Part shown: piece by piece, positions 38,647-47,985 of the stretch
Layout: every line of letters begins with the position of its first letter
Numbering within the stretch: position 1 is the first letter of the stretch
NCBI GenBank assembly: GCA_965649265.1
Contig: CBFGKC010000007.1
Location: 1-64,000, forward strand
Direction of reading: 5' to 3'
DNA: 64,000 nt
From: a candidate division WOR-3 bacterium
GTDB taxonomy: Bacteria > Hydrothermota > Tepidihabitantia > B3-TA06
Notes under the pieces: generated by a model
Seen by the model: the letters and a program-made list of their open reading frames with translations, nothing else
The model's database searches: none
What the model was told of the DNA's origin: nothing
Program-made: the position numbers and the translations under genes

Positions 38647-38674
38647 TTGACAGGTTTAATTTGGTGAGTAAACT
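38647..38674 (+). promoter_or_regulatory. sigma70-like promoter
   Basis: TTGACA-16bp-TAAACT. Confidence 0.65.
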
Positions 38675-38697
38675 TTTTCAAAACCAAAGGAGGCACT

Positions 38698-39057
38698 ATG
38701 AAAAAACTCTTATTTCTCTTGATAGCAGGCCTGGGACTAGCCGGAATAGCTTGCTCGAGTGCGAAATACGCGGTCGTAAAAATCACGAATCCCGACAACC
38801 AACCTGTTGCCTTTACTGGATACTACAAAAGCGATATGGTTGACAGCTCCGGAGTTAACGGGACTACACCTGCGACTTATGAAGTCGAAGTTAATCCTGA
38901 CGGTGACCATGTGTACGTTGGTTTCACTAAATCTACTATTACCGACACCGAAAACGAACTCAAGGTCGAGCTTTACTATAGAGGCGACCTGAAGGAAGCA
39001 AAGACCGTCACGATTCCTCTTATTGACTGGGCATTTGTAGATGCCGAGATACCGTGA
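38698..39057 (+). CDS. Small lipoprotein, hypothetical
   Basis: AGGAGG SD; lipobox GIAC. Confidence 0.78.
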   Translation: MKKLLFLLIAGLGLAGIACSSAKYAVVKITNPDNQPVAFTGYYKSDMVDSSGVNGTTPATYEVEVNPDGDHVYVGFTKSTITDTENELKVELYYRGDLKEAKTVTIPLIDWAFVDAEIP

Positions 39058-39092
39058 ACGATAATAGAATAGAGTTCTAAGTTAAATACTAC

Positions 39093-39134
39093 TTATTCCC
39101 TCTTCCGGCAAGCCGGAAGAGGGAATAATCTTTT
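39093..39134 (+). terminator. Intrinsic terminator
   Basis: TTATTCCCTCTTCCGGC-aa-GCCGGAAGAGGGAATAA. Confidence 0.75.
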
Positions 39135-39182
39135 ATACGGGCTGTATTTAGTGTTATAATATAAACCTTCAAGGAGGATGTA

Positions 39183-40097
39183 ATGAAGAGATTGTTACCC
39201 CTTGTTTTGATCCTTGCGACTCTGGTCGGCACCTTCGGCTGCAAGGGCAAAACCCAAAAACAAGTCAACGAAGTAACCAGCGGACAAAGAAGCGACGAAC
39301 GCTACTATTCGTACGGAGGAACCGCCGAGGAGGCAAAACCTGTGGCCGCTAGCCGCGGAGAAATATCGGATATAAATCGAACGGTCATCGGAACAAGCGA
39401 AGTATCTGACCTCAAATTGCCTGTAAGCAGAATGGTTATCAAAACAGGAAGCCTGGGTATAAGGGTCAAAGACGTTGACAAAGCATATTCACAGGCCTTG
39501 ATGCTCGTCGAAGCTAAAGGCGGATACGTGCAGAGCGGCACGCTTTCGGAGTCAGGGGGAGCCAGGGCTGATTTAACCATAAAGGTTAATCCAGAAGGTT
39601 TCATCTCGCTTGTCTCAGCGCTAGAGGAACTTGGAACCGTCGAAAACAAGACCATCTCGGGACAGGATGTAACAGAGGAGTATTACGATCTTGCCGCGGA
39701 ACTCGAGACGCAACTCGAAATGAAGACTCGCTTTTTTGAACTTCTCAAACAAGCAAGAAATGTTGACGAAGCTATCACGGTCGAACAGCAGCTTGAACGC
39801 ATAGGCTACAACGTTAACCGGATAAAAGGGCGAATGAAGTATCTCGAGACAATGGTCGGCGAATCGACCATCACCCTCTCCCTCTACAGCCAGGCCAAGG
39901 CTGTATCAGAACCCTTCTTCAACTGGAACCAGGTCGGGCACGGCTTCGTAGTTGCGGGGCAGGTTCTTGTATCAATATTCGTAGGAATCCTTTACGCCTT
40001 GGTGGTAATCATCCCTCTTGGAGGTATCGCTTATCTGATTTTCCTGCTCATAAGAGGCATCGTTCGAAAGCAGAAGGCCAAAAAGGCAAAAGGTTGA
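39183..40097 (+). CDS. DUF4349 domain lipoprotein
   Basis: RMVIKTG, GGYV, QDVTEEYYD, C-terminal TM. Confidence 0.88.
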   Translation: MKRLLPLVLILATLVGTFGCKGKTQKQVNEVTSGQRSDERYYSYGGTAEEAKPVAASRGEISDINRTVIGTSEVSDLKLPVSRMVIKTGSLGIRVKDVDKAYSQALMLVEAKGGYVQSGTLSESGGARADLTIKVNPEGFISLVSALEELGTVENKTISGQDVTEEYYDLAAELETQLEMKTRFFELLKQARNVDEAITVEQQLERIGYNVNRIKGRMKYLETMVGESTITLSLYSQAKAVSEPFFNWNQVGHGFVVAGQVLVSIFVGILYALVVIIPLGGIAYLIFLLIRGIVRKQKAKKAKG

Positions 40098-40126
40098 TTA
40101 GGCTATAAGTCAAGGATTATTAAATG

Positions 40127-40183
40127 AAGGCTCCCGGCAATCCGGGAGCCTTTCTTTAAAAAAGAGGCCGGTATCCCGGCCTC
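40127..40183. terminator. Two adjacent terminators for convergent genes
   Basis: AAGGCTCCCGG/CCGGGAGCCTT and GAGGCCGG/CCGGCCTC separated by T and A tracts. Confidence 0.75.
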
Positions 40184-40200
40184 AATAATCTTTCTTGGGA

Positions 40201-40809
40201 TTATTCCTTTCCGTTGAAAGGAGGGTACTTGTCGGTCATGTAGCCCATGTAGGCGCCGACGCGAAGCATCCAGCGGTTGTAGTTCACTACAAAGTTGAAC
40301 ATACCCTGTGGATACTTGCCCGTAAAAAGGATTGCCCACCACGCGATGAAGCTGACGAAGCCTACCGCTATCGCGAGGAACATGAGGATGAAATAATGAG
40401 GCAACGCGCAATAGAATGCGCCGAAGAAAAGTCTGAGGATAAGGATACCGCGGGAAAGCTTCTCGGGATAGTCTATATTGTAGTGGACAGTGTCGCCTTC
40501 AACCTCTTTGGAAGAGAAGGGCGGATATTTGTCGGTCATGTAGCCCATATAGGCCATAACCCGCTGCATCCAGCGCTGATAGCCCACCACAAAATTGAAC
40601 ATGCCCTGAGGATATTTGCCTGTGAAAAGGATTGCCCACCACGCGATGAAGCTAATAAACCCTACGGCTATGCCAAGAATACCCAAAATGAGAAAGTGGG
40701 GTATTCCTACGTAGAGCCAGCCGAAGAATAGCCTCAGGATTAGAACCCCGCGCGATAGCTTCTCCGGGTAGTCTATATTGAAGTGAAGGGGATACTCAGT
40801 GTTACTCAA
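40201..40809 (-). CDS. DUF4389 tandem-domain membrane protein
   Basis: Two copies of IDYPEKLSR..PH..W.AILFTGKYP..TDKYPPF; GGAGG then TTG at 40809. Confidence 0.88.
   Translation of the reverse strand: MSNTEYPLHFNIDYPEKLSRGVLILRLFFGWLYVGIPHFLILGILGIAVGFISFIAWWAILFTGKYPQGMFNFVVGYQRWMQRVMAYMGYMTDKYPPFSSKEVEGDTVHYNIDYPEKLSRGILILRLFFGAFYCALPHYFILMFLAIAVGFVSFIAWWAILFTGKYPQGMFNFVVNYNRWMLRVGAYMGYMTDKYPPFNGKE
40217..40780. repeat. Intragenic 300-bp tandem duplication
   Basis: ~40217-40480 vs ~40517-40780, highly similar. Confidence 0.85.
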
Positions 40810-40974
40810 AGTAACCTCCATTTGGTTTAGCTGTTAAGGTTATTTTATCGGAAATAAGACATCTGTCAATAATCCCTCCCCAAGATTTAAATATCATATT
40901 ATCTATGGGTGATGCGAAGATTTCTGCAACTTGTGATTCCATACAGGATCTACCTGACTAAATCAAATTTAAAT

Positions 40975-41217
40975 TTAAAGGATTCCTCCCCCAAGAAACA
41001 ACCGAATCACCGCCATAATAATTACTAGAATCGAGATAATGAATCCAGCAATGGCCACTCCTGACTTTTTCTTCTGAACTATGGGAACGATTCCGAATAC
41101 GAGTCCAAGTACTCCCAGAACCAAGGCGATCCAGTTTAGCATACCCAATAAAGGGACAAGCCCTATAACGGCAAGCAAAAGCGCCAAGATAGAGAGAATC
41201 AAACTCGCAATACCCAT
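40975..41217 (-). CDS. Small membrane protein (DUF4190-like)
   Basis: MGIASLILSI..GVAIAG; AGGAGG SD. Confidence 0.78.
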   Translation of the reverse strand: MGIASLILSILALLLAVIGLVPLLGMLNWIALVLGVLGLVFGIVPIVQKKKSGVAIAGFIISILVIIMAVIRLFLGGGIL

Positions 41218-41406
41218 TATTCCTCCTTGTAGTCGTTATTTTTCGTTCTATCGTACTCGCAAAAAGAAGACACGACTTGATTTATCCGCCGGATTATAGG
41301 AAAAGGGAATAGTGTTGTCAACTATTTTAAGCATTTGCGCATAAAGATTTTATAGTCTCCACCATCATCAAGAATCCCACCCTTCCCCCTTCACCCGTGA
41401 GACCTT

Positions 41407-43095
41407 TCAGACGAAGGTTCCCAGAAATGGATCGTAATCCTTACGGTGCTTCTTTAAGAGTTCGGGGTTGCGGTACTCAGGGATTAGGATTGGAGCATGA
41501 GAAGTCTCAGGGATGCCTGCCTGCTCGAGTTCCTTGCGGAAAGCACGAACGTGATCAAGGTGAAGCTTGGCCGGAGGTCGAACAAGAAGCGCTTTGGCTC
41601 GCTCAACGGCTGCAATTCCGGAGCGGCGTCCAAAAACGTTATAGTCGAGTACCGAGTTACCCATGAGGCGGTTGCGTCCGTGGAGCCCGCCTGTAACTTC
41701 GCCCGCCGCATAAAGACCGGCGATGGTTGATTCGGTCTTTGCATTAATCTCAATACCGCCGTTCTGATAATGAAGGGTCGGATATACAAGCATGGGCTCG
41801 GAGTTGATGTCTATGCCGAAACGCTTGTACTGACGCATCATGGCTGGGAGCAAGGCTTCGATAGCTCCCGGACCATTCAGCAAGTTGACGATGGGAGAAT
41901 CGAGCCAGACACCGGCCTTGCCGGTGGGAGTTTCGACACCAAAGCAGCGCTCGGTGGCCTCTCGGATGAATGCGGATGCTTCCACGTCTCGGGGTTCGAG
42001 CGGGAAAACGAATAACTCACCCTCGCTGTTCACGGGTTGACCGCCCAGGCCGCGAACCTTCTCAGTAATAAGGAAACCAAGTATCTGCTCGGGGTATACC
42101 GCACCGGTGGGATGGTACTGGACCGAATCCATGTAAAGGAGCTTTGCACCGGCGTGATAGGCCATCACGAGTCCGTCGGCAGTCGCACCGTAGTGATTGG
42201 TAGTAGCGAATCCTTTAATGTGAAGTCGGCCGTAACCGCCGGTGGACATGATGACCGCTCGTGCACGCACGACCTGGTATTCCTCGGTCTCCATGTTGTA
42301 GAGAAGCGCTCCGGCGGCCTCGCCCTTCTCATCCAGAAGGAGTTCGACGGCAGGCGAGTATTCGACTATCGTGATTTTATCGGGATGGTTCTTGACCTCA
42401 TCACGAAGAACGCGCTGAATCTCTGCGCCTGTGTAGTCCCTGCATGAAAGCATCCGGCAGCGAGATGTTCCCCCGCCTGATTCGGATTTGAGTCTACCGT
42501 CATGTTCCTTGTCCCACATAACGCCGAGTTCTTCGAGATAAGAGGCGATCATTGGGCCATCCATGGTAAGAACTTCTGCCAGTTCCGGCTTATTGTCGAA
42601 ATGTCCGCCGCCAAGGACATCGAGATAGTGAATGGCAGGGTTGTCGTGTGGATTCACCGCGGCCTGCATACCGCCCTGCGACATCATGGAGTTGGAGTCG
42701 CCGACACGAAGCTTTGTAACGAGCACAGACCTCAGCCCTGCGTTTGCGACCTGTATGGCCGCCATGCACCCTCCCCCTCCTGCGCCGATGATTAAAACAT
42801 CGGTGTCGTAATCGGGGTTTGAAAGATCGAACGCGTCGGGATTGATACGCGGATAGGATTCGAGGAGATCTACTACCCTGGAGGTCATCTGCTCGCTTTT
42901 GTTTGGACCGATGCGTATGGGCTTGCGTGCATCTGTCGCGTAGTCGGGATGAAACTTTGAAAGAACTTCATCGCGCTCGGCAAGAGTCATTGCCTTGACT
43001 ACCTCGCGGCCAGCTTTGGCTTTTTCAAGCCTTGCCTGCCGTGTCGCCTTGACCTTTTCGAGCGAGGGACGCATGTACTCAGGATATCCGCTCAT
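41407..43095 (-). CDS. Succinate dehydrogenase/fumarate reductase/NadB-family flavoprotein
   Basis: IIGAGGGG, QYHPT, TEKVRG, PRD, HYQNGG, LHGRNRLMGNS. Confidence 0.9.
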   Translation of the reverse strand: MSGYPEYMRPSLEKVKATRQARLEKAKAGREVVKAMTLAERDEVLSKFHPDYATDARKPIRIGPNKSEQMTSRVVDLLESYPRINPDAFDLSNPDYDTDVLIIGAGGGGCMAAIQVANAGLRSVLVTKLRVGDSNSMMSQGGMQAAVNPHDNPAIHYLDVLGGGHFDNKPELAEVLTMDGPMIASYLEELGVMWDKEHDGRLKSESGGGTSRCRMLSCRDYTGAEIQRVLRDEVKNHPDKITIVEYSPAVELLLDEKGEAAGALLYNMETEEYQVVRARAVIMSTGGYGRLHIKGFATTNHYGATADGLVMAYHAGAKLLYMDSVQYHPTGAVYPEQILGFLITEKVRGLGGQPVNSEGELFVFPLEPRDVEASAFIREATERCFGVETPTGKAGVWLDSPIVNLLNGPGAIEALLPAMMRQYKRFGIDINSEPMLVYPTLHYQNGGIEINAKTESTIAGLYAAGEVTGGLHGRNRLMGNSVLDYNVFGRRSGIAAVERAKALLVRPPAKLHLDHVRAFRKELEQAGIPETSHAPILIPEYRNPELLKKHRKDYDPFLGTFV

Positions 43096-43103
43096 CAGTC
43101 CTC

Positions 43104-43862
43104 CTAGAAAACCTTGAAGTCAAGGTCGCGCGCCGAGTAGCGCTTTTTTAGTTCTTCTCGTGACATATTCTTCATCTCATCAATCTCTTTCTGGAATTTC
43201 CCTTCCTTGAGTTCTGCGAGACGGTCCTCCAGATGCCGGGACCGTGGTAAAAGATAACGCCCCGTAAGCCTGCGCGCGAGAAGCGCGATGTTGTACTGAA
43301 CCATCTCGGCAGGGCAGCGCACGGCGCAGAGCCCGCACATGATGCAGTCGAAAGAAAGGTCTGCGGCCCGTGCAAGATCGCCGCGCTTGACGGCCTGGAT
43401 GTACTCCATGACCTCTATCTCCTGCGGACACGCCTTGGTACAGGTATTGCAGGCGACGCAGCGAAAGACCTCTGGGTAGTAGCGCTGGATGGACGTGATA
43501 TCGGGCTTAAGCTTCGCGATGTCGTAGACGGCCTTGACCGCAGGCGAGAAAGGTATCTGCACGAGATACATATTCGGCTGAACTACGGTCTGACACCCAA
43601 GACCTGTCTTGAGCTTGTAGTCACCCTCAAGGCGATAGATAGTGGCGCATGCGCCGCAAAAACCCTCGCGGCAGCCGATGGCCTTCTTGAACTGGAATCC
43701 AACATATTCCATCGCGGTGACGATGGTCATTGAAGAGGGCACAAAGAACCTCTTCCCGTAGATGTATACGGGGATTAAATCATCCTTTGGTTTATCGTCG
43801 GGACAGGATGGACCCTGTACCTGAACGTTCTCTTTCTTCACATCTTTTGCTTTCTTAGCCAT
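43104..43862 (-). CDS. Fe-S subunit (2Fe-2S plus two 4Fe-4S)
   Basis: CREGFCGAC..C, CVACNTCTKACP, CIMCGLCAVRCP. Confidence 0.88.
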   Translation of the reverse strand: MAKKAKDVKKENVQVQGPSCPDDKPKDDLIPVYIYGKRFFVPSSMTIVTAMEYVGFQFKKAIGCREGFCGACATIYRLEGDYKLKTGLGCQTVVQPNMYLVQIPFSPAVKAVYDIAKLKPDITSIQRYYPEVFRCVACNTCTKACPQEIEVMEYIQAVKRGDLARAADLSFDCIMCGLCAVRCPAEMVQYNIALLARRLTGRYLLPRSRHLEDRLAELKEGKFQKEIDEMKNMSREELKKRYSARDLDFKVF

Positions 43863-43869
43863 AGCTGTA

Positions 43870-43897
43870 ATGATAAGCTGCACCTAAGGAAAGTCAA
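43870..43897 (-). promoter_or_regulatory. sigma70-like promoter, probably leaderless
   Basis: TTGACT-16bp-TATCAT, ATG 7 nt downstream. Confidence 0.6.
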
Positions 43898-44173
43898 GAT
43901 ATAGTGATATATGATGAAGAGAGCCCCTTCTCTTATATAATCAGGATGTTCAACAGAACAAAAGAAACTGTAAACGGATCTTATAATTCTAAACGCCAGA
44001 GAGTCGATCCCGGGATTTATCACCAAACACAAATGGTGACAAATAACAAATCAAAGATAGACAAACCTATAGTCCTTGCTGGGAAAGTGATTCGAAACTA
44101 GGTCCTGCTAAATTTAAATATTTATTAGCTCTTTAGTTATGGGATTTCCAAAAGGGAACAATGTATTATTAAT

Positions 44174-44551
44174 CTATCCTTCTTTCCCTTCCTTTAGCCA
44201 GGAAAGGGCTTCATCTTCGGTTTTGAAAAACCTTGAGATATCGCCCTTACCGGCAACCGATATTCCTATCTTCGCTATCATCCTTGTCATTGGTCTTACA
44301 CCAATAACCGCAATTTTTTCGTAACTTGCATCTGAGGCGAGATCTCTTAGCGCCTGTCTTGCGTCCTTATCGAGAATACCGTCCACGGTTTTTTGTTCGG
44401 AAAGATCACCTAGAAGGTAACGATGAGGTTTGCCCTCCAGATTGATTTTTATCTCAGGTATAATTGTTTCGATGTCATTCTTGGTCAGGGTTCGCAAGAC
44501 CTGTACATAGAGTACTCCGTGCTTCTCATTGAACCATAACTTGTAGTTCAT
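44174..44551 (-). CDS. STAS/SEC14 (SpoIIAA-like) domain protein
   Basis: LLGDLS, KIAVIG, FFKTEDEALSWL. Confidence 0.82.
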   Translation of the reverse strand: MNYKLWFNEKHGVLYVQVLRTLTKNDIETIIPEIKINLEGKPHRYLLGDLSEQKTVDGILDKDARQALRDLASDASYEKIAVIGVRPMTRMIAKIGISVAGKGDISRFFKTEDEALSWLKEGKEG

Positions 44552-44813
44552 TATCTCCAGCCTTTCAGCCCTCGAATGTTGTATTTACCTGCGCCTCCAC
44601 CCTTGTTTCTGAAAGGAGCTTCCATATCCTGTTCTAAAGCACGATATTTTACTTTGGTTTTTAGGGTTGTCAAGAATGGTTTTTATTGTTTTTTTCTGAA
44701 CTTGGATTTGACCGGCAATCCGAGAAAAGAAATGGGCATCTTTTGAGAGAAGCCTGGGAAATTCTGGTAAGAGCTGAAAAGTAGGAGAAAGAATCAGGAA
44801 TAAAAAGAGGACT

Positions 44814-44901
44814 AGCGCCGGAGGCGCATGAGCAGAATCTTAAGAGATTCTGCTATCTTATTATTTCTGATTCAGGACAGCGCCGGAGGCGCATGAGCAG
44901 A
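44814..44901. repeat. Two 23-bp direct repeats AGCGCCGGAGGCGCATGAGCAGA inside nested inverted repeats
   Basis: Copies at 44814-44836 and 44879-44901. Confidence 0.8.
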
Positions 44902-45010
44902 GCTCTCATGACTTCTCCGACCTAATACATCAGATACACTGTTCTCAACTTAGTTTGGCTATTAAGTAGGATTAACTCGATAGAAGGTTTTTAGTAGAAC
45001 AGGGAAAAAC

Positions 45011-46210
45011 TCAAGGGGTTAGCCTGGCAAAGCGCAGTTTGCCGACCTTGAGCACGGATGGTTCTGACAGATTGAGGACGTGGTCGAGACTCGTGATTTT
45101 TGCACCGTCAAGGCTTACCGCGCCCTGTTCTACAAGGCGCCGCGCCTCGGACTTAGAAGAAGCCAGATTGTTCGCGACGATTATATCGATAAGTCTTGTG
45201 CCATGGGAGACTTTGATAGCGGGCATATCCTCGGGTATCCCCTTTTCGGAAAACACCTTGCGGAACGATTCATCGGCTTCTTGAGCAGCTTGCATTGAGT
45301 GGTATATGGCAACGACCGCGCGAGCCATCTCCGCTTTCACGTCACGAGGATTTTCGCCCGATGCAAGACGGCTGCGCACCTCGGTGAGTTTAGTCTCGTC
45401 TGTGAGCGCGGCAAGAAGGAAGTATTGCTCGATCAGATTATCGGGAATGGACATGAGCTTTCCGAACATGTCGGAGGGGGAATCCTCTATTCCGACGTAG
45501 TTGTTATAGGACTTTGACATTTTTGCCCCACCCGACAAACCTTCAAGCAAAGGCATCATCATAATTATTTGCGAAGGCATGCCGAATTCACGTTCGAGGT
45601 CACGCCCCACAAGGAGATTGAGCCGCTGATCATAGCCTCCGAGTTCGACGTCAGCCTTAACCGCAACAGAGTCGTAGCCCTGAAAGACGGGATAGAGAAG
45701 CTCGTGCATGAAAACAGGGTCCCCCGCTTCCAATCGTTTTTGGAAATCCTCACGCTGCATAATCTGTGCAACCGTGTACTTGCCGAGGAGCTTGATCACT
45801 CCGGACGCACCAAGCGGCTCACTCCATTCGGAGTTGTAGCGAATCTCGGTACGTGAAGGATCGAGTATACGGTAAAGCTGTTTCTCGAAGCGCTTGATGT
45901 TATTTTGGACCTCCTCATGCGTGAGTTGAGGTCTCGTCTTTGAACGACCTGACGGATCACCTATCATGGCGGTGAAATCTCCGACTATAAGAACTGCGGT
46001 GTGCCCCTCATCCTGGAAATCGCGAAGTTTGCGCAAAGGCACGGCGAATCCGAGGTGGATGTCAGGTCCGGTGGGATCAATACCAAGTTTGACTCGAAGA
46101 GGTCTCTTTTCCTTTTCTGCCAGAAGAAGACGCTCTTTTAACTCCTCCTCAGAAAGGCACTCCTGTACCCCGCGCATCAGTCTGGAGAGAATTTTCGACA
46201 AATCCGCCAT
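45011..46210 (-). CDS. tyrS: Tyrosine--tRNA ligase
   Basis: GIDPTGPDIHLG, QGYD, KMSKS, C-terminal S4 domain. Confidence 0.97.
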   Translation of the reverse strand: MADLSKILSRLMRGVQECLSEEELKERLLLAEKEKRPLRVKLGIDPTGPDIHLGFAVPLRKLRDFQDEGHTAVLIVGDFTAMIGDPSGRSKTRPQLTHEEVQNNIKRFEKQLYRILDPSRTEIRYNSEWSEPLGASGVIKLLGKYTVAQIMQREDFQKRLEAGDPVFMHELLYPVFQGYDSVAVKADVELGGYDQRLNLLVGRDLEREFGMPSQIIMMMPLLEGLSGGAKMSKSYNNYVGIEDSPSDMFGKLMSIPDNLIEQYFLLAALTDETKLTEVRSRLASGENPRDVKAEMARAVVAIYHSMQAAQEADESFRKVFSEKGIPEDMPAIKVSHGTRLIDIIVANNLASSKSEARRLVEQGAVSLDGAKITSLDHVLNLSEPSVLKVGKLRFARLTP

Positions 46211-46211
46211 A

Positions 46212-46691
46212 TCAGAGTCTGAAATCCCCGAAATCCTCAGGGTCTGTACCGCGAAGTTGATCCTTCAAATCCTCAAGCTTTGAGTGATCGTCTTCGGATA
46301 TTTCCTTTCCCTGCGTATTCATCAGATCATCGTCGACAAAAATAGGTGCCCTCATGTGGACGGCTATTGCCACCGAGTCAGACGGTCGGGCGTCGACCGA
46401 GATCATTTCATCGTTGCGTGAGAGCAGGAGAGTCGCGTAGTACGTGTTATCCCTGAGTTTCGTAATAATCACGCGCTCTACCTTTGCTCCAAGGACTTCC
46501 ACAATGCGTTTTATCACGTCAAGCGTCAGAGGTCTTTCAAAAGGTTCCCTGCGAACCGCGTACGTTATCGCAGAAGCCTCTACCGGACCAACCCATATAG
46601 GCAGCACTCTCGAGCCGTCTCTCTCTTTGAGGAGCAGCACCGGCGTATTGTTGAGATCCAGAGATATCCCCTGCACCTCCACCTCTATCAC
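46212..46691 (-). CDS. Bifunctional nuclease family protein (DUF151)
   Basis: LPIWVG..EA, RPLT, DARPSD. Confidence 0.9.
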   Translation of the reverse strand: MIEVEVQGISLDLNNTPVLLLKERDGSRVLPIWVGPVEASAITYAVRREPFERPLTLDVIKRIVEVLGAKVERVIITKLRDNTYYATLLLSRNDEMISVDARPSDSVAIAVHMRAPIFVDDDLMNTQGKEISEDDHSKLEDLKDQLRGTDPEDFGDFRL

Positions 46692-47282
46692 TTATTCCCC
46701 CTCTGGCTTGGGCTCCGTAGATTCAGGATTATCCTCTGGAGTTCCGTCTACCTCAGTCGAATCTCCGCCATCTGTCGACGTTGAATCTGAGGAGGACTCG
46801 GAGGAAGGGGAGGAGGGTTCTGAGGAGGAGGGCTGCTCGCCTTCGGGTACAATCCAGACCTTGACTGTGGCAATAACGTCACCGAAGATACGTATCGCAA
46901 CGTCGTGAGCGCCAGCTTCCTTCAGAGGGTGATCCATCACCACCTGGTGGTGGTCAAAATAGAGTCCCTTCTCACGGAAAGCGACAGATATCTCCTTTGC
47001 CGTTATGGAACCGTAGGACTTTCCAGTTTCACCGAAAGCAAGGGTAAGCTTGATGTGCTCGCCATCCAGTTTGGCTCTAAGCTCTTCGGCCGAGGATCTC
47101 TGTTTCTCCATTCTTGCCCGGGTCTGACGCATAACTTCAGTAAAGTGTCGTTTGTTGGATTCGGAAGCAAGAAGTGCAAGATTTCTCGGAAAAAGAAAAT
47201 TGCGGGCATACCCGTCTTTGACCTTTACTACGTCACCGCGCTTGCCCAGTTTAATTACGTCCTGAGTCAAAATAACTTCCAT
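46692..47282 (-). CDS. rplI: 50S ribosomal protein L9 with acidic Ser-rich C-terminal extension
   Basis: MEVIL..LGKRGDVVKVKDGYARNFL. Confidence 0.95.
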   Translation of the reverse strand: MEVILTQDVIKLGKRGDVVKVKDGYARNFLFPRNLALLASESNKRHFTEVMRQTRARMEKQRSSAEELRAKLDGEHIKLTLAFGETGKSYGSITAKEISVAFREKGLYFDHHQVVMDHPLKEAGAHDVAIRIFGDVIATVKVWIVPEGEQPSSSEPSSPSSESSSDSTSTDGGDSTEVDGTPEDNPESTEPKPEGE

Positions 47283-47291
47283 AAGTACTCC

Positions 47292-47501
47292 CTAGCGCTC
47301 GACGTACGGCAGGATTCCAAGATTGCGCGCCTGCTTGATTGCGTTGGTCAGCTTTCGCTGATGCCGGGCGCATAAACCGGTCGTGCGGCGGCTTACTATC
47401 TTACCTTTTTCGGTAAGAAAGCCCATAAGGAAATTCGCGAATGGCGAAATACTTTCGTCATGTTCCGCACAGAAACGGCATTCCTTACGTCTTCTCATCA
47501 T
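47292..47501 (-). CDS. rpsR: 30S ribosomal protein S18 (Zn-binding C+ form)
   Basis: CRFC, GKIVSRR.TGLCARHQR, AIKQAR. Confidence 0.95.
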   Translation of the reverse strand: MMRRRKECRFCAEHDESISPFANFLMGFLTEKGKIVSRRTTGLCARHQRKLTNAIKQARNLGILPYVER

Positions 47502-47557
47502 ACTATTTTAGCTCCTTTTTCGCGTAAACTATTAGTTTACGTTTATTTGCTTTAATG

Positions 47558-47983
47558 TCAACTCTCGAAGGGATCTTCATAATCGCCGGCCATACCCGGG
47601 CCCTCTTCTGGAGCTTGGCCCTGGCCTGCTCCAGGCATGCTTTCAAGGAACTGCAGTCTCTTTGAGAGTATCTCTACAACATAGCGCCGTCCCCCATCCT
47701 GGGCTTCGTACGATCGCGACCGGAGCGAGCCTTCAAGAAGAACCGCGGAACCCTTGCGGAGTCTTTCTCCGGCCAGCTCGGCCATACGGTCCCAGACGAC
47801 AACGTTGAAGAAGTCCGATTCTTTCTTGAACTCGCCAGAATCACGATCTCTGTAAAAGCGTGAACAGGCTATGCGAAACGAACAGACGGCGGTACCTTTG
47901 GGTGTATAGCGCAGCTCAGGATCAGCCACAAGCCGGCCCGAGATAAGCACCATGTTTAAATTCGGCAACCGCAAGTCTGACAT
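47558..47983 (-). CDS. ssb: Single-stranded DNA-binding protein
   Basis: GRLVADPELRYTP, KGS.VL.EG.L. Confidence 0.95.
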   Translation of the reverse strand: MSDLRLPNLNMVLISGRLVADPELRYTPKGTAVCSFRIACSRFYRDRDSGEFKKESDFFNVVVWDRMAELAGERLRKGSAVLLEGSLRSRSYEAQDGGRRYVVEILSKRLQFLESMPGAGQGQAPEEGPGMAGDYEDPFES

Positions 47984-47985
47984 GA

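Noticed and set aside
43904-44101. 65-aa ORF in an AT-rich gap
   Set aside because: No SD or clear promoter and no recognisable motif; possibly a decayed remnant
44814-44901. Mini CRISPR array (two 23-bp repeats, 65-bp period)
   Set aside because: Only two repeats, the 'spacer' base-pairs with the repeat and flank, and no cas genes are in the window
44780-44921. Tandem glycine riboswitch (CGCCGGAGGCGCA resembles CGCCGAAGGCGCA)
   Set aside because: Lacks GGAGA..CTCTCAGG in the right register, and there is no downstream gene on that strand
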